59,738 bases of DNA, taken from positions 1-59,738 of IMG/VR virus record IMGVR_UViG_3300037462_000184; one strand, written 5' to 3'. The notes beneath the pieces were generated by a model. The model was not told where the DNA came from, made no database searches, and saw only the letters and a program-made list of their open reading frames with translations. Positions 38,760-48,239 of this stretch are shown piece by piece (the first letter of the stretch is position 1; every line of letters starts with the position of its first letter). A program made the translations under genes and the position numbers. The DNA comes from a virus. Its lineage: Duplodnaviria; Caudoviricetes.

Positions 38760-39746
38760 TCAGCCCTGAACGACGACGCGCAGTGCGCCCACTGCCGGCG
38801 CCACGGTGAAGCCGAAGAGCTGTACCTGAGTTGTGCTGATGCGGCGCACGCCGCACTCCACCGTGTCACCCGTCGCGTTCTCGAACACCTGAACCTGAAC
38901 GTCCAGCGTGCCCAAGCTGTGCGTGACGGTGAAGCTCGTGGCGGAGCCGTCGCCGATCGTTGCGGCGGCCTTGCGAACAACGACGGTCGTATCGACGCTG
39001 ATCACGCTGCCGGCGATGCTGATGCCGGTACCGTTCGTGTAGCTCGTGCCCGCGCCGATCTGCGCGAAGCTCAGATTGGTCGTGCCAAGCACGATCGGGC
39101 CGTTCGTCGTGAGTCGCCATTGCGTATCGGCGTTGGACGTGCCTTCCTCAACGAAGAACGACAGATTCGGCGTGACCTCTGCCGAGCTGTCGGCGTCCGT
39201 GGCGCGCGACCACGCGCCGGCTGCCACGACGTAGATGCCGTTCTGGGTAGCCGTCGTCTGGCCGACAACCGCAACCCGGTCGCCAGCAATCAGGCTCACG
39301 CCGTCGATCGTCTGCGCGCCAGACAGGGTGATATTGGTCGTGGCGATCGCGCGAACACTGGCTTTCCAGTCCGTGCCGTTCTGCACCGACTGAAGCTGCG
39401 CCAGCGTGACCGCATCCTGCGCGGATACCGCGTTGGCAAGGTTCGTCAGCCGCTGGTTGTTGATGTTGAGCGCGGCCGTCGGTACCGCCATCTGATCGAG
39501 ACGGTTCGCCTGCACCTGAGCGGCGAAATCGCTGATCGTCGCGGCGAGCTGCGTGCCGGTGTGGTTGACGCGCGCGGTCGGGTCAATCCAGCCGGCGGCA
39601 CCCCGGAACTCGAACCGGCCGCTCGTGGTGTTGTAGTAGAACTGGCCCACCGCAGGCGAGCCGGGCGCCGCCGCAAGGTTCTGAAACCGGGGGTTCTGAA
39701 GCTCGTTCTGGGTCAGGTCGATTGGGGAAAGAAACTTGCGCGTCAT
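38760..39746 (-). CDS. Fibre-like virion structural protein
   Basis: LTNLANAVSAQDAVT, WKASVR..TT.NITLSG.QTIDGV and QNGIYV motifs typical of phage fibres. Confidence 0.75.
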   Translation of the reverse strand: MTRKFLSPIDLTQNELQNPRFQNLAAAPGSPAVGQFYYNTTSGRFEFRGAAGWIDPTARVNHTGTQLAATISDFAAQVQANRLDQMAVPTAALNINNQRLTNLANAVSAQDAVTLAQLQSVQNGTDWKASVRAIATTNITLSGAQTIDGVSLIAGDRVAVVGQTTATQNGIYVVAAGAWSRATDADSSAEVTPNLSFFVEEGTSNADTQWRLTTNGPIVLGTTNLSFAQIGAGTSYTNGTGISIAGSVISVDTTVVVRKAAATIGDGSATSFTVTHSLGTLDVQVQVFENATGDTVECGVRRISTTQVQLFGFTVAPAVGALRVVVQG

Positions 39747-39759
39747 GACACGCCTCCAT

Positions 39760-40068
39760 TCAATTCAGTACAGCGACGCCCGCGAACGGCGCGGAAAACC
39801 GGAGAACTACGCGCAGGGTGCCCACGTAGGACACGTCGCCCTCAACCTGATCGCCGGCCGAATCAATGACCGTGACCGCCGGCTTTTTGCCCAGCGGGTG
39901 ATCGATCGTCCACGTGTCCGCCGGCAGGCTCTGGATATGCTCGTAGTGCCGATCCAGACCCGGCGGGCCGGGCGGACCCTGCTCGCCGGACGCGACCACC
40001 GTGACCGACGGCTGCGGCTCGACAACGACGACTTGCGACGGCTGATCGACGAAGACAACACCGCTCAC
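39760..40068 (-). CDS. Small structural protein with a short collagen-like stretch
   Basis: GEQGPPGPPG and WTIDHPLGKKP. Confidence 0.65.
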   Translation of the reverse strand: MSGVVFVDQPSQVVVVEPQPSVTVVASGEQGPPGPPGLDRHYEHIQSLPADTWTIDHPLGKKPAVTVIDSAGDQVEGDVSYVGTLRVVLRFSAPFAGVAVLN

Positions 40069-40667
40069 CGCGTCACCTCTTCTGCGGGGACGAACGAGCC
40101 GCGCGCGATCTGGGACACATTGCCCAGCCCATCAAACGCCTCGACCTCGTATTCACCCTTGGCGAACGTGAATGCCGCGCTCGTGACGGCCGGGATTTCG
40201 AGCCTGATCTGCTTCAGGGCGTTGTCCACCGTCAGGCCGGCGGCCGGGGTTGACGTGGCGCTGTAAAGCACCGTGCTCGACGAAGCGGGGTCGCGAACCT
40301 GCATGCGCACGTCGACCCCGTTCAGGTCGACGGGTTGGTTGAACACCACGAACCCGCCGCCGCTGTACGGGATCGCGGCATTGGCCGTGTTCACGTCGTT
40401 CAGTTCGAGCGTGTCCGCGTCGATCACGCGCGCGCTGTACCAGCGCCCGCCCTGCTTGTCGCTGTTCAAGGCGCTCAAGCCTTTGACGCCCTCGATGCGG
40501 TACGCCCAGCCGGGCAGCAGGCCATGGGCGGGCACGGTCAGGCGGCAGGGTGCCGCGAGCGAAATCGCCGTGATCTCGCGATAGACGAGCACGGGCTGCG
40601 CCCAGCGGAAGACGAAGCGAAACGTCTTGCCGCGAACGAATTTCAGAGGGATACGGGCTCCGGCCAT
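40065..40667 (-). CDS. Virion structural/adaptor protein of the fibre module
   Basis: First gene after a late-promoter motif; beta-rich (ITAISLAAPCRLT..HGL, RMQVR). Confidence 0.6.
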   Translation of the reverse strand: MAGARIPLKFVRGKTFRFVFRWAQPVLVYREITAISLAAPCRLTVPAHGLLPGWAYRIEGVKGLSALNSDKQGGRWYSARVIDADTLELNDVNTANAAIPYSGGGFVVFNQPVDLNGVDVRMQVRDPASSSTVLYSATSTPAAGLTVDNALKQIRLEIPAVTSAAFTFAKGEYEVEAFDGLGNVSQIARGSFVPAEEVTR

Positions 40668-40726
40668 GGAGCCCATTCTGTGTGCGGGCGCCGGGGTGGA
40701 GCCCCCGGTTTTCCGCCCTGAGCGCT

Positions 40727-41932
40727 TCAGCGCGCCATGGTCGCCATTGCGGCCTTCATTACGTCTCGGCTGTAGGCATCCACGGCCGCCGTGTATAGCT
40801 CGGCGAAACCCTCGACGCCGCCGAATCGCGCGATGTACCCGGCCATGCGCTCGCCCACGTCATCCGCGAGCACGTCCGCCCGGCTCTCCACGAAGCTCTG
40901 CATGTAGGCCATGGCCTCGGCGTAGTCCGGGTCAACCTCGCCCTGAGCGGCCTCGCCATCGGACGCACCGGGGGTTGGGTTGCCGGGGCTGACGGGCGGA
41001 TCGGCGCGCTCGCCACCCGGCTGCGGTGCGGCACCTTCGTCCGGCGCCGGCTCGTCCTTGTTCAGCAGCGAGGCAAGCGTTGCAGGCTTGAAGTACAGAT
41101 CCAGCTCGACGCCCGCGCCGACGATTTCAGCGATGCTGATGTACCCCAGCTCGCCACCGTCACCGAACAGGTCCGCCCAGCCAAACGCCTGATCGACGCC
41201 GCCCTCTTTGTCCTTCTCGGTGATATACCAGTCCGCCGAGCCCTTGAAGTAGTGCAGATGCGCCACCGACTGCATGCCCTTGCCGTCCTGATCGTAGGTC
41301 TTGGGCATGCCCTTGATGGTGTTCGCCACCTCAAGCAGCTTTTCTCGGAAGAACTCTTTTTCCTCGCCGCGAGACGCGTTGGATGCCACAACACGGAACT
41401 GAGACTCGCTCATGAACGGGCGCACCGTCTCAAGCACTTCGTTGCGGCGCTTCTCGTTGTTCCACCATGGGCCAGTAGGCTCCGGCTCAGGGTCGCCGAT
41501 CAGCGCGAGGATTTCGCGCAAGCGCCCCAGATCATCGAAGAATTTCGGCGAGTCCTCATCCAGCCCGCGCATGATCTGTGCGCCTTCACCGATCAGCTCG
41601 AAGAACTCCGCGCCGCTTGCGGAGTCGAGTGCTGCACCTTCTGCCATGGTCGTTTCCTGTCGAATCTGATCCATCATGTCCTCGGCCGAGAGCAGCACGC
41701 TCACGTTCGAGCCTTCGGGCTGGCAAAACCGGATCACTTCATCTGGTTCCAGCGCGTCCGGCGTCAGCCGGTAGCCGTCGTCGCCGCGCAGCATGTTGAG
41801 CGTGACGTGCGACTTGAAGTATTCGATTGCCGCCGCCGGGCCGCTGTATTCGACCGGGATCGATTCATCCTCATCCCAGTCGGCTTGAAGCACCCCGGCC
41901 GGCGTCGCAATCTTGAGTGTGCGGGTGATCAC
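40727..41932 (-). CDS. Multidomain Dar-cluster protein with DUF2958-like domain and DarA_C-like tail
   Basis: HLHYF..SADWYITE...ELGYISIAEI...ELDLYF; shares a 36-aa motif with the upstream protein. Confidence 0.6.
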   Translation of the reverse strand: MITRTLKIATPAGVLQADWDEDESIPVEYSGPAAAIEYFKSHVTLNMLRGDDGYRLTPDALEPDEVIRFCQPEGSNVSVLLSAEDMMDQIRQETTMAEGAALDSASGAEFFELIGEGAQIMRGLDEDSPKFFDDLGRLREILALIGDPEPEPTGPWWNNEKRRNEVLETVRPFMSESQFRVVASNASRGEEKEFFREKLLEVANTIKGMPKTYDQDGKGMQSVAHLHYFKGSADWYITEKDKEGGVDQAFGWADLFGDGGELGYISIAEIVGAGVELDLYFKPATLASLLNKDEPAPDEGAAPQPGGERADPPVSPGNPTPGASDGEAAQGEVDPDYAEAMAYMQSFVESRADVLADDVGERMAGYIARFGGVEGFAELYTAAVDAYSRDVMKAAMATMAR

Positions 41933-43773
41933 GCCTGCTGCTCCCTCTGCTTTTTCTCCCTGATCGCGGATGCCGTGGCGATGACGTTTCCGCGCCGATC
42001 GCTCATCTCAAAGCCCGCGAACAGCCAGAGCCCAAGATTGATCATCGCTTGGCGCTCAGAGTCGAAGGTCATGGTCCAGCCGTCGGCCTTCACAACGAGC
42101 ACCGCTCGACCGATTCGGCCGGATGACCGCTTGAACTTGCCCGAAAACAGCAGCCGGTTTGATACGGCTCCAATGAACTTCGCGCCCTCTGGCAGCGTCC
42201 AGTCGTTCGGGTCATGCCAGCTCCGAATGCCCATCGCATACTGCACACTGCCCGCGTCGCGCTTGTCGAGCTGCTTGACTTGGGCCAGCCAGTCGAAATC
42301 CTTGACGAAGCTCTCTCTCGCGTAGGCAATGACCGTTTCCTCGGCGTCCTCAAGCTCCTTCGCCGCCTTGTCGATCGCCTGCTCGCGCGCACCCAGCTCG
42401 ACCTCGTGCTTGCTTATGCGCGCCTGATGCAGCGCCGTCAGGTCGTGACCCACGTAGCCGGTGATCAGCGCCAGCATTTCGGGATCCTTGGCCGCGATCA
42501 TCGTCGCGTCCATGGGGTTTGCCAGCATCTCCAACCCCATTGAGAAAACCTCTGTCACGCCGTCGGAGTAGAACTTGCCGATGTACGGGTGAACCCACTT
42601 GTCTCGCCACGCGCGCTCGTCGGACGAATACCCCTTGTTGCCGGTCAGGCTGCGCAACGAGAACAAATCAGCCGAGTCGCGGCGCCGCTTCAGGAATCCG
42701 TTGGCCGCCGCCTTGGCGATCGGGTCGAACTCAAGATGATGGCCCAGCTCGTGAAACAACACGGACTTGTTGAAGTGCGCACCCAGCGCTACCTGCTTGG
42801 CGAACCCCGTGTCGTTGATGCCCTTGGCATTGGCGCGGCGCCGGCCGTCAAGCACGAACTCGATTGCAGGCAGCTTGCCCCCGGTGATCTGGTAGAACTC
42901 CGCCGCATCGGCCCGGAACTGCTCGACCGGGTAGCCCAGCTTCTTGAGCTTGGCCTTGATCGACGAATCCAGCTCGATCGAGTCGCCCCATTGCTTCGCC
43001 TGCTCGTCCGTAACCTTGCTGCGAGCCTTGAGCCCGGCATTGATCTGCAGGCCCACGGCGGCGAATTGCTCGGTGATTCGCTTGCGGCGGTCGGCGAAAA
43101 CCTGAAGGCGCTCCGCTTCTCTCTTCTCAAGGGAATCGTTGAACTCGCGAGTGGCTTCATCAACACGCTGTTGCAGCCTATTCAGCTCTTCAGGGTCGGT
43201 TGCATCGGTGTCTGCTTTTGCCGCGATTGCCGCGTTCAACTCATCGGCAATCGCGTCATACCGTTTCTTGACCTCGACCCATTCAGGCGGGTGATAGTCG
43301 TTCAGCGCAACCTTCGCCAACTCGACCTCGACAGCCGCTTTCTCGCGGTCGAAGCCATCGGGCAGCGGCAGGCCGCGCGCCGAAATCTCGCGCTCTACCT
43401 GTTCCGCGTATTCCGGGCTGAATGCGTCTCTCAGCTTTTGCGGCACCCCCTCCGGGTAGTCGGCGCCCGTTGGCCAGTAGTTCCGTATGGCAATCGCCTC
43501 TACGGTGCGCATACCGGGCGGAAGCGCCATCATCGGGCCGTTCAGGTACGCCACCATGGACGCCTGCGCGGCCTCCGGCGTGCTCAAGTCCAGCGCGAAA
43601 GGCGCAGGCTCGGCCGGCGGATCGGCGGGTGCCGGGCCATCGGCGATCAGCGCCAGAATCTCGCGAACGCGCGACAGGCTGGCGAAGAAGTCCGGCGCAT
43701 CCTCGTCCAGACCCTTCAGCAGCCCGGCGCCTTCGCCGATCAGCTCGAAGAACTGAGCCTCACCGATCTGCAT
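41929..43773 (-). CDS. DdrB-like protein with zincin metallopeptidase motif
   Basis: LFHELGHHLE and TEVFSMG motifs; downstream of the darA-like gene. Confidence 0.65.
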   Translation of the reverse strand: MQIGEAQFFELIGEGAGLLKGLDEDAPDFFASLSRVREILALIADGPAPADPPAEPAPFALDLSTPEAAQASMVAYLNGPMMALPPGMRTVEAIAIRNYWPTGADYPEGVPQKLRDAFSPEYAEQVEREISARGLPLPDGFDREKAAVEVELAKVALNDYHPPEWVEVKKRYDAIADELNAAIAAKADTDATDPEELNRLQQRVDEATREFNDSLEKREAERLQVFADRRKRITEQFAAVGLQINAGLKARSKVTDEQAKQWGDSIELDSSIKAKLKKLGYPVEQFRADAAEFYQITGGKLPAIEFVLDGRRRANAKGINDTGFAKQVALGAHFNKSVLFHELGHHLEFDPIAKAAANGFLKRRRDSADLFSLRSLTGNKGYSSDERAWRDKWVHPYIGKFYSDGVTEVFSMGLEMLANPMDATMIAAKDPEMLALITGYVGHDLTALHQARISKHEVELGAREQAIDKAAKELEDAEETVIAYARESFVKDFDWLAQVKQLDKRDAGSVQYAMGIRSWHDPNDWTLPEGAKFIGAVSNRLLFSGKFKRSSGRIGRAVLVVKADGWTMTFDSERQAMINLGLWLFAGFEMSDRRGNVIATASAIREKKQREQQA

Positions 43774-43782
43774 GACGCCCCC

Positions 43783-46395
43783 TTACGCGGCGCGCTTCTG
43801 GAACTCGGCCATAAAGAACGCCTTGGCCGCCGACTTGGCCTGCTTCAGCAGCGCGGCCATGTCGCCCTCGGTGTACTTCTTGGCAAGCTCAGCCAGTCGA
43901 TCGGTGACGCCCTTGTCGTAGAAGTCCACAACGCCGTCGATCGCCTGTTGAATGAACATGCGATCGAATGCGGCCTGCGCGGCGTCGGGGTCAGCAGCCT
44001 CAAGAATGTTCTGCATTTCGGTCAATACGTCCTTCCACGGCAACCCCGAAGCGTCCACGGTGTCGGAGTGACGCTGCGGCATGAAGCCGGTCAGCACGCT
44101 CGTCTTTTCGCTGTCGGTCAGGTCAGCCACCAGCTTGGCGGCCATGGACTGCACCGTTTCTTGAGCGGGCGGCGTGGGCACAACTTCGGCGACAGGCGCC
44201 GGGGTCGGCTCAGGCTGCGGCTCAGGATCGGGCTGGGGCGCGGGCTGCGGCTCCGGGGTCGGCTCGGGGCTCGCTTCGGCAATGCCAAGCAATTCCTCGC
44301 ACCGCTTGCCCAGAGCATCCAGATACGCCTTGTCCTTGTCGGACAGGCCAAAGTTCTCCGCGCGCTTCACCAGCGTAGCGGCCCTGCGGATATCAGCCCT
44401 CGGCACGTCGGGAATCCCGACTCGAATCGCCATCAGGGTAACGCGCTCAGGCATGAACCCGCGCTCCTTGAGCCGATCCAGCAGCACCTTGAAGCGAGCC
44501 CACTCCATATCACCGACGGCGGCAGCGCCGCCCCGAATGAGCGTGCGGGCCATGTCGCGGTACGCATCCTCATCCTCGTAGTCCGCCATCTCGGTGTCGC
44601 CTTCCGCGAGGTATTCGAGCGTGCGCGCGAGTCCGTTTTTCTGCTGCGCCACCAGAGCAGCCAGCGCCTGTTCCAGCTCGTCGGCGGTCAGCGCCTTGGC
44701 GGCCTCCACGTCACGAGCCTCGATGATCGGCATAACGCGTGCAACCCAGTCGATCGGCTCCGGCTCAGCGGGTAGCGCCACTTCAGAGTCGATCAACGCG
44801 GCCAGCTCGGCGGGCGTGGCGCTCAGGTCATCAACCATGCCGTCGGCGCCATACGTTGCCGTGGGCTTGCGGTTGCCGGTGACGTAGAACTTGACGCCAA
44901 CGACGTTCGCCCCACCCCCGTAGTTTGTGACGTGGATTTCCAGCTTCGCGTCATTCTTGGTAAGCGGCGCATTCTGCTCGCCCTGCCACCCCAGCTCTCG
45001 CAGTGCGTTTCGCACGTCAACAATCCGACGCTGAAACAGGTCATCCAACGCGTCCTGATACGGCTTCCAAACGTCGAAGTTGTCTTTGCTTTGAGCCAGC
45101 AGGCGCGCGTACACGTCTGGGTCCGTCGGGTCGAGCTTGGCCGCCTCGATATCGGCGGCCTTGCGATCGACCTCCGCCGCGCCGGCCGCCGCAATCTGCG
45201 CCTGCAACCCGGTCAGCTCCGCCTCAAGGCTCTGCACTTGGGCCTCAAGGCTCTTCATGCCGGCGATGCGCTCGGCACGCTTGCCGTTGGCCTTCACGAA
45301 CGCGGCGCTGTTCTTTTCAGCCAGCCGCATGATGCGCCGGGACACTTCGCGCACGTTCAGCTCTTGGCCCCGTTCAGGGGCAACAACGATCGTCACGTCC
45401 TTGCGGTTGAGCATCCACTTCCACGAGATCAGGTCATCGGCCGGCGACAGGCGCGCTGGCGTCGTGTCCGGGTTGTGGAACCAAATGCTGACGGTCTGCC
45501 CGTCGGACAGCTCGAAGATCACCGCGACGTGCGCATTGCCCGCCTTGCGCATCGGGTCGCTGATCTGGAACTGAACCGGCTTGACGGAGCCGCCGGCCTG
45601 TTCCATGACGCGCTGTAGCAGCTCCATCTTGCGCTGCAACATGCCCACTTGAACGACCATGGCGTCCATCGCGGCGCGCTCTTCGCCTTCCATCAGGTCA
45701 TCCATGGTCACGGCGTCGAGCAGCGCATCCGCCGTCGCATCCTCGCGGCGCAACTGGTACATCAGGTCGGCCATGTCCATGCGCAGAGGCTGCGCGTTGC
45801 GATCCCAATACACCTTGTCCATCATCGTCTCCATCCCCGGACCGGGGAGCTGATCAGGGCTCAACGGCACTCGCTTGTTGCCGAAACGCAGCCACCACTT
45901 GAACTGCCCGATCGTCATACTGACCATCGAGCCCAACCCCTTCCACCCACGCTCGTAGCTGAGCATGTAGGCGTCGCGCGCCATGCGCTCGTTCGGGAAT
46001 CCGAGCAGCGCCTTGTGTTCGTCGAACCCGCCGGTCGGCTTCTTCTGGTTCACGACCCAGACCGTCTCACCTTCCGGCCACGGCCCTACGAACACGTCAA
46101 TTTCGTCGCCGTCATTGCCGCGCGTGCCCACGAGGTAGCCGTAGTGCGCACGCATCTGGCACTCCCAGACCTTGCCGCCACTCAGGCCACGCCGAACGCT
46201 GCCGCGAGGGTTCTCGACGGCGATCTGCAACCCGAACAGCGAGATGCGGCCTTTCTTGTACTGGCCGCTCTGCTGCTGCTCGATCGTGGGCATGACGGCG
46301 CCATCGGACTGCCGGACAGGCGGCAGGCGCCAAGACGAAGTGATCGCCTCGTTCGCGCCAGCATCCAACCCCGGAAACTTGTCCGCACCGTTCAT
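43783..46395 (-). CDS. darA: DarA-like protein with an N-terminal inorganic-pyrophosphatase-like domain
   Basis: HYGY..GT.G.DGDEIDVFVG...FDEHK.LLGF, then ELSDGQTVSIWFHNPD...WKWMLNRKDVT..VAPE, and a helical DarA_C-like end. Confidence 0.75.
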   Translation of the reverse strand: MNGADKFPGLDAGANEAITSSWRLPPVRQSDGAVMPTIEQQQSGQYKKGRISLFGLQIAVENPRGSVRRGLSGGKVWECQMRAHYGYLVGTRGNDGDEIDVFVGPWPEGETVWVVNQKKPTGGFDEHKALLGFPNERMARDAYMLSYERGWKGLGSMVSMTIGQFKWWLRFGNKRVPLSPDQLPGPGMETMMDKVYWDRNAQPLRMDMADLMYQLRREDATADALLDAVTMDDLMEGEERAAMDAMVVQVGMLQRKMELLQRVMEQAGGSVKPVQFQISDPMRKAGNAHVAVIFELSDGQTVSIWFHNPDTTPARLSPADDLISWKWMLNRKDVTIVVAPERGQELNVREVSRRIMRLAEKNSAAFVKANGKRAERIAGMKSLEAQVQSLEAELTGLQAQIAAAGAAEVDRKAADIEAAKLDPTDPDVYARLLAQSKDNFDVWKPYQDALDDLFQRRIVDVRNALRELGWQGEQNAPLTKNDAKLEIHVTNYGGGANVVGVKFYVTGNRKPTATYGADGMVDDLSATPAELAALIDSEVALPAEPEPIDWVARVMPIIEARDVEAAKALTADELEQALAALVAQQKNGLARTLEYLAEGDTEMADYEDEDAYRDMARTLIRGGAAAVGDMEWARFKVLLDRLKERGFMPERVTLMAIRVGIPDVPRADIRRAATLVKRAENFGLSDKDKAYLDALGKRCEELLGIAEASPEPTPEPQPAPQPDPEPQPEPTPAPVAEVVPTPPAQETVQSMAAKLVADLTDSEKTSVLTGFMPQRHSDTVDASGLPWKDVLTEMQNILEAADPDAAQAAFDRMFIQQAIDGVVDFYDKGVTDRLAELAKKYTEGDMAALLKQAKSAAKAFFMAEFQKRAA

Positions 46396-46484
46396 GCGAG
46401 CCATTCTGCGGGCGCATCCGGACCGCGCGCGCACGCTTTCCCGACTCCGCTTCGTTGCAATTTTGCCACGAAGTCAAGAACCGC

Positions 46485-46514
46485 TTGACTTGTTGAATCG
46501 TCTGCGCCTACTAT
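46485..46514 (+). promoter_or_regulatory. Sigma70-type promoter
   Basis: TTGACT-N18-TACTAT; near-duplicate at 57730-57759. Confidence 0.7.
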
Positions 46515-46546
46515 TCGTTTCATCAACAACGCACCCGGAGCCCGCC

Positions 46547-47104
46547 ATGCCCAAAGCCACCCACAAAGGAAACTGCCAAGTCTGCGGCGCCCTGCACATG
46601 CTGCCCGGCGGCCGGCTTGCAAAGCACGGCTACACCACCCGTCACGGCTGGTTTGAGGGCGTGTGCTGGGGATCGGACGCGTTGCCGTACCAGCAGTCGA
46701 AGGATCTGATTGAGGGCTCAATCTCGCGAGCGCTGGCCCGTGCCATTGAGCTTCGCGAGATGGGCGCAAAGGCAGTCGAAGAGGCCAAACAGCCCGGCTC
46801 GACCGCATGGGAGCACGTCTATCACCGCGAGCTGAGCAACCATTCGCGCGGCCCGGTGCGTCTCTGGGAGCAGGTGAACGTTCACTGCGACGAGCACGGT
46901 CGCCCGGCTCAATACAGCCCGAAGTACGCACCCTCCCGGCGCGAAGAGACGCGTTTCTACGGCACGCTGGATGCCTACCGGTTGCGGGGCGCGCAGAACT
47001 ACGCTCGCCACATGGAAGGGCTCGCCAAGCAGGCCGAAGAGTATGCCGATCACCAGCGCAAGCGCATCGCCGACTGGCAGCCGGCCGATCTGATCCCCCG
47101 CTGA
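46547..47104 (+). CDS. Hypothetical protein with Cys/His zinc-binding N-terminus
   Basis: GGAG RBS; CQVC...HGY...C motif. Confidence 0.7.
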   Translation: MPKATHKGNCQVCGALHMLPGGRLAKHGYTTRHGWFEGVCWGSDALPYQQSKDLIEGSISRALARAIELREMGAKAVEEAKQPGSTAWEHVYHRELSNHSRGPVRLWEQVNVHCDEHGRPAQYSPKYAPSRREETRFYGTLDAYRLRGAQNYARHMEGLAKQAEEYADHQRKRIADWQPADLIPR

Positions 47105-47130
47105 TCCCGGCGATATGATGCGGGCGCCGA

Positions 47131-47676
47131 ATGACGGAGCCCGCCTTGAACAAACCCCTGATCACCCTCGCCTTTGTCGCAACCGTCGCCGGCTGCGCGC
47201 AAAAGCCCGTCGACTGTTCGAGCCCAGAGGCGCACGAGATCATGCGCCGATCGATCGCTCAGGCCGTGGGCGTGCCGTTCGATGCAGCGATTGCGGCGCG
47301 CGCACTCAAGGTGTCCATGGCCCGGCCAACCGCCTTTGACGAGCCGATCAAGAAATACTCGTGCGAGGCCCGGATCACGGCCACGCTGCCCAAGAACGCC
47401 GATGTACGCCTGCACCAAGAACTGCTCGAAGACGCGCGCGCAAGCGGATCGGTTGAGCAGATCATGGCCCGCGCGCTCGCTCTCGGCCCAATGCTCGACC
47501 GCTCCTACTCAGAAGCGGACGGCGGGTACACGGTTGACGTGCGCTACACAGTGCAAACCACGGACAGCGACGTGTTCGTGGAGATCCCGAACCCGCCGCA
47601 GGCGCTGGCGGCCTTCGCGCGCGTCGCCCTGCGGTTCCAGACCGACCCAACGGCAGCCAACGGCAAGACCCAGTAG
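47131..47676 (+). CDS. Predicted lipoprotein
   Basis: LITLAFVATVAGC lipobox-type signal peptide. Confidence 0.7.
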   Translation: MTEPALNKPLITLAFVATVAGCAQKPVDCSSPEAHEIMRRSIAQAVGVPFDAAIAARALKVSMARPTAFDEPIKKYSCEARITATLPKNADVRLHQELLEDARASGSVEQIMARALALGPMLDRSYSEADGGYTVDVRYTVQTTDSDVFVEIPNPPQALAAFARVALRFQTDPTAANGKTQ

Positions 47677-47677
47677 G

Positions 47678-48232
47678 TCATTCCTCTGGCAACTCCGGGC
47701 GTTCCTCAAACACTTCGGACAGGCCGGGAATGTGGTACAGGTTGTCGCGCGGCTGAAGCACGAACTTTCGGGTGTACGGGGGGACGTTGACCGTGCCGAT
47801 CACGTCAACAACCTCGAACGGCAGCACCACGCCGCCGCCGGGCGTCAGTAGCACCAGATCGTCCTTGTCCACCACGAAACCGCCGGACTCAGGCGCGTCA
47901 ACGGACTCGACAAGCGCCTCTTGCTGCGGCACCGTGGGCTCGATGGCATCGTCCGCGTCCATCAGCGAATTGCCGGCGAAGATGCCCGTCAAGATCGCCT
48001 TGGCATCGCCCAGCAGCTCGTAGTCGATATCAGCCTCGTCCTCTTTGGACGTGGATCCCAGCCCGCCGATCGTAGGCAGCGAGTCCACGCGCACGGGCAG
48101 CCCGCCGCCGGCAGCGGGCTCGTCTGGCCGGTTCACGACTTTGCGCCAGACTTGGCAGTCCATGGCGTTTGGATGGCGCAGCACGACGATGCGCGCGGAC
48201 TTGTTGACGGTCTTCGGAACGTTGTTCAGCAT
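47678..48232 (-). CDS. Neck/tail completion protein (P1 gp7-like)
   Basis: HPNAMDCQVWRK motif; adjacent to the gp25-like gene. Confidence 0.55.
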   Translation of the reverse strand: MLNNVPKTVNKSARIVVLRHPNAMDCQVWRKVVNRPDEPAAGGGLPVRVDSLPTIGGLGSTSKEDEADIDYELLGDAKAILTGIFAGNSLMDADDAIEPTVPQQEALVESVDAPESGGFVVDKDDLVLLTPGGGVVLPFEVVDVIGTVNVPPYTRKFVLQPRDNLYHIPGLSEVFEERPELPEE

Positions 48233-48239
48233 GGCGGCC

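Noticed and set aside
10856-44775. Long plus-strand ORFs such as 10856-13000, 13001-14317, 19436-21535, 34635-37073 and 42589-44775
   Set aside because: Antisense shadows of strongly biased GC-rich genes, with unnatural composition and no motifs.
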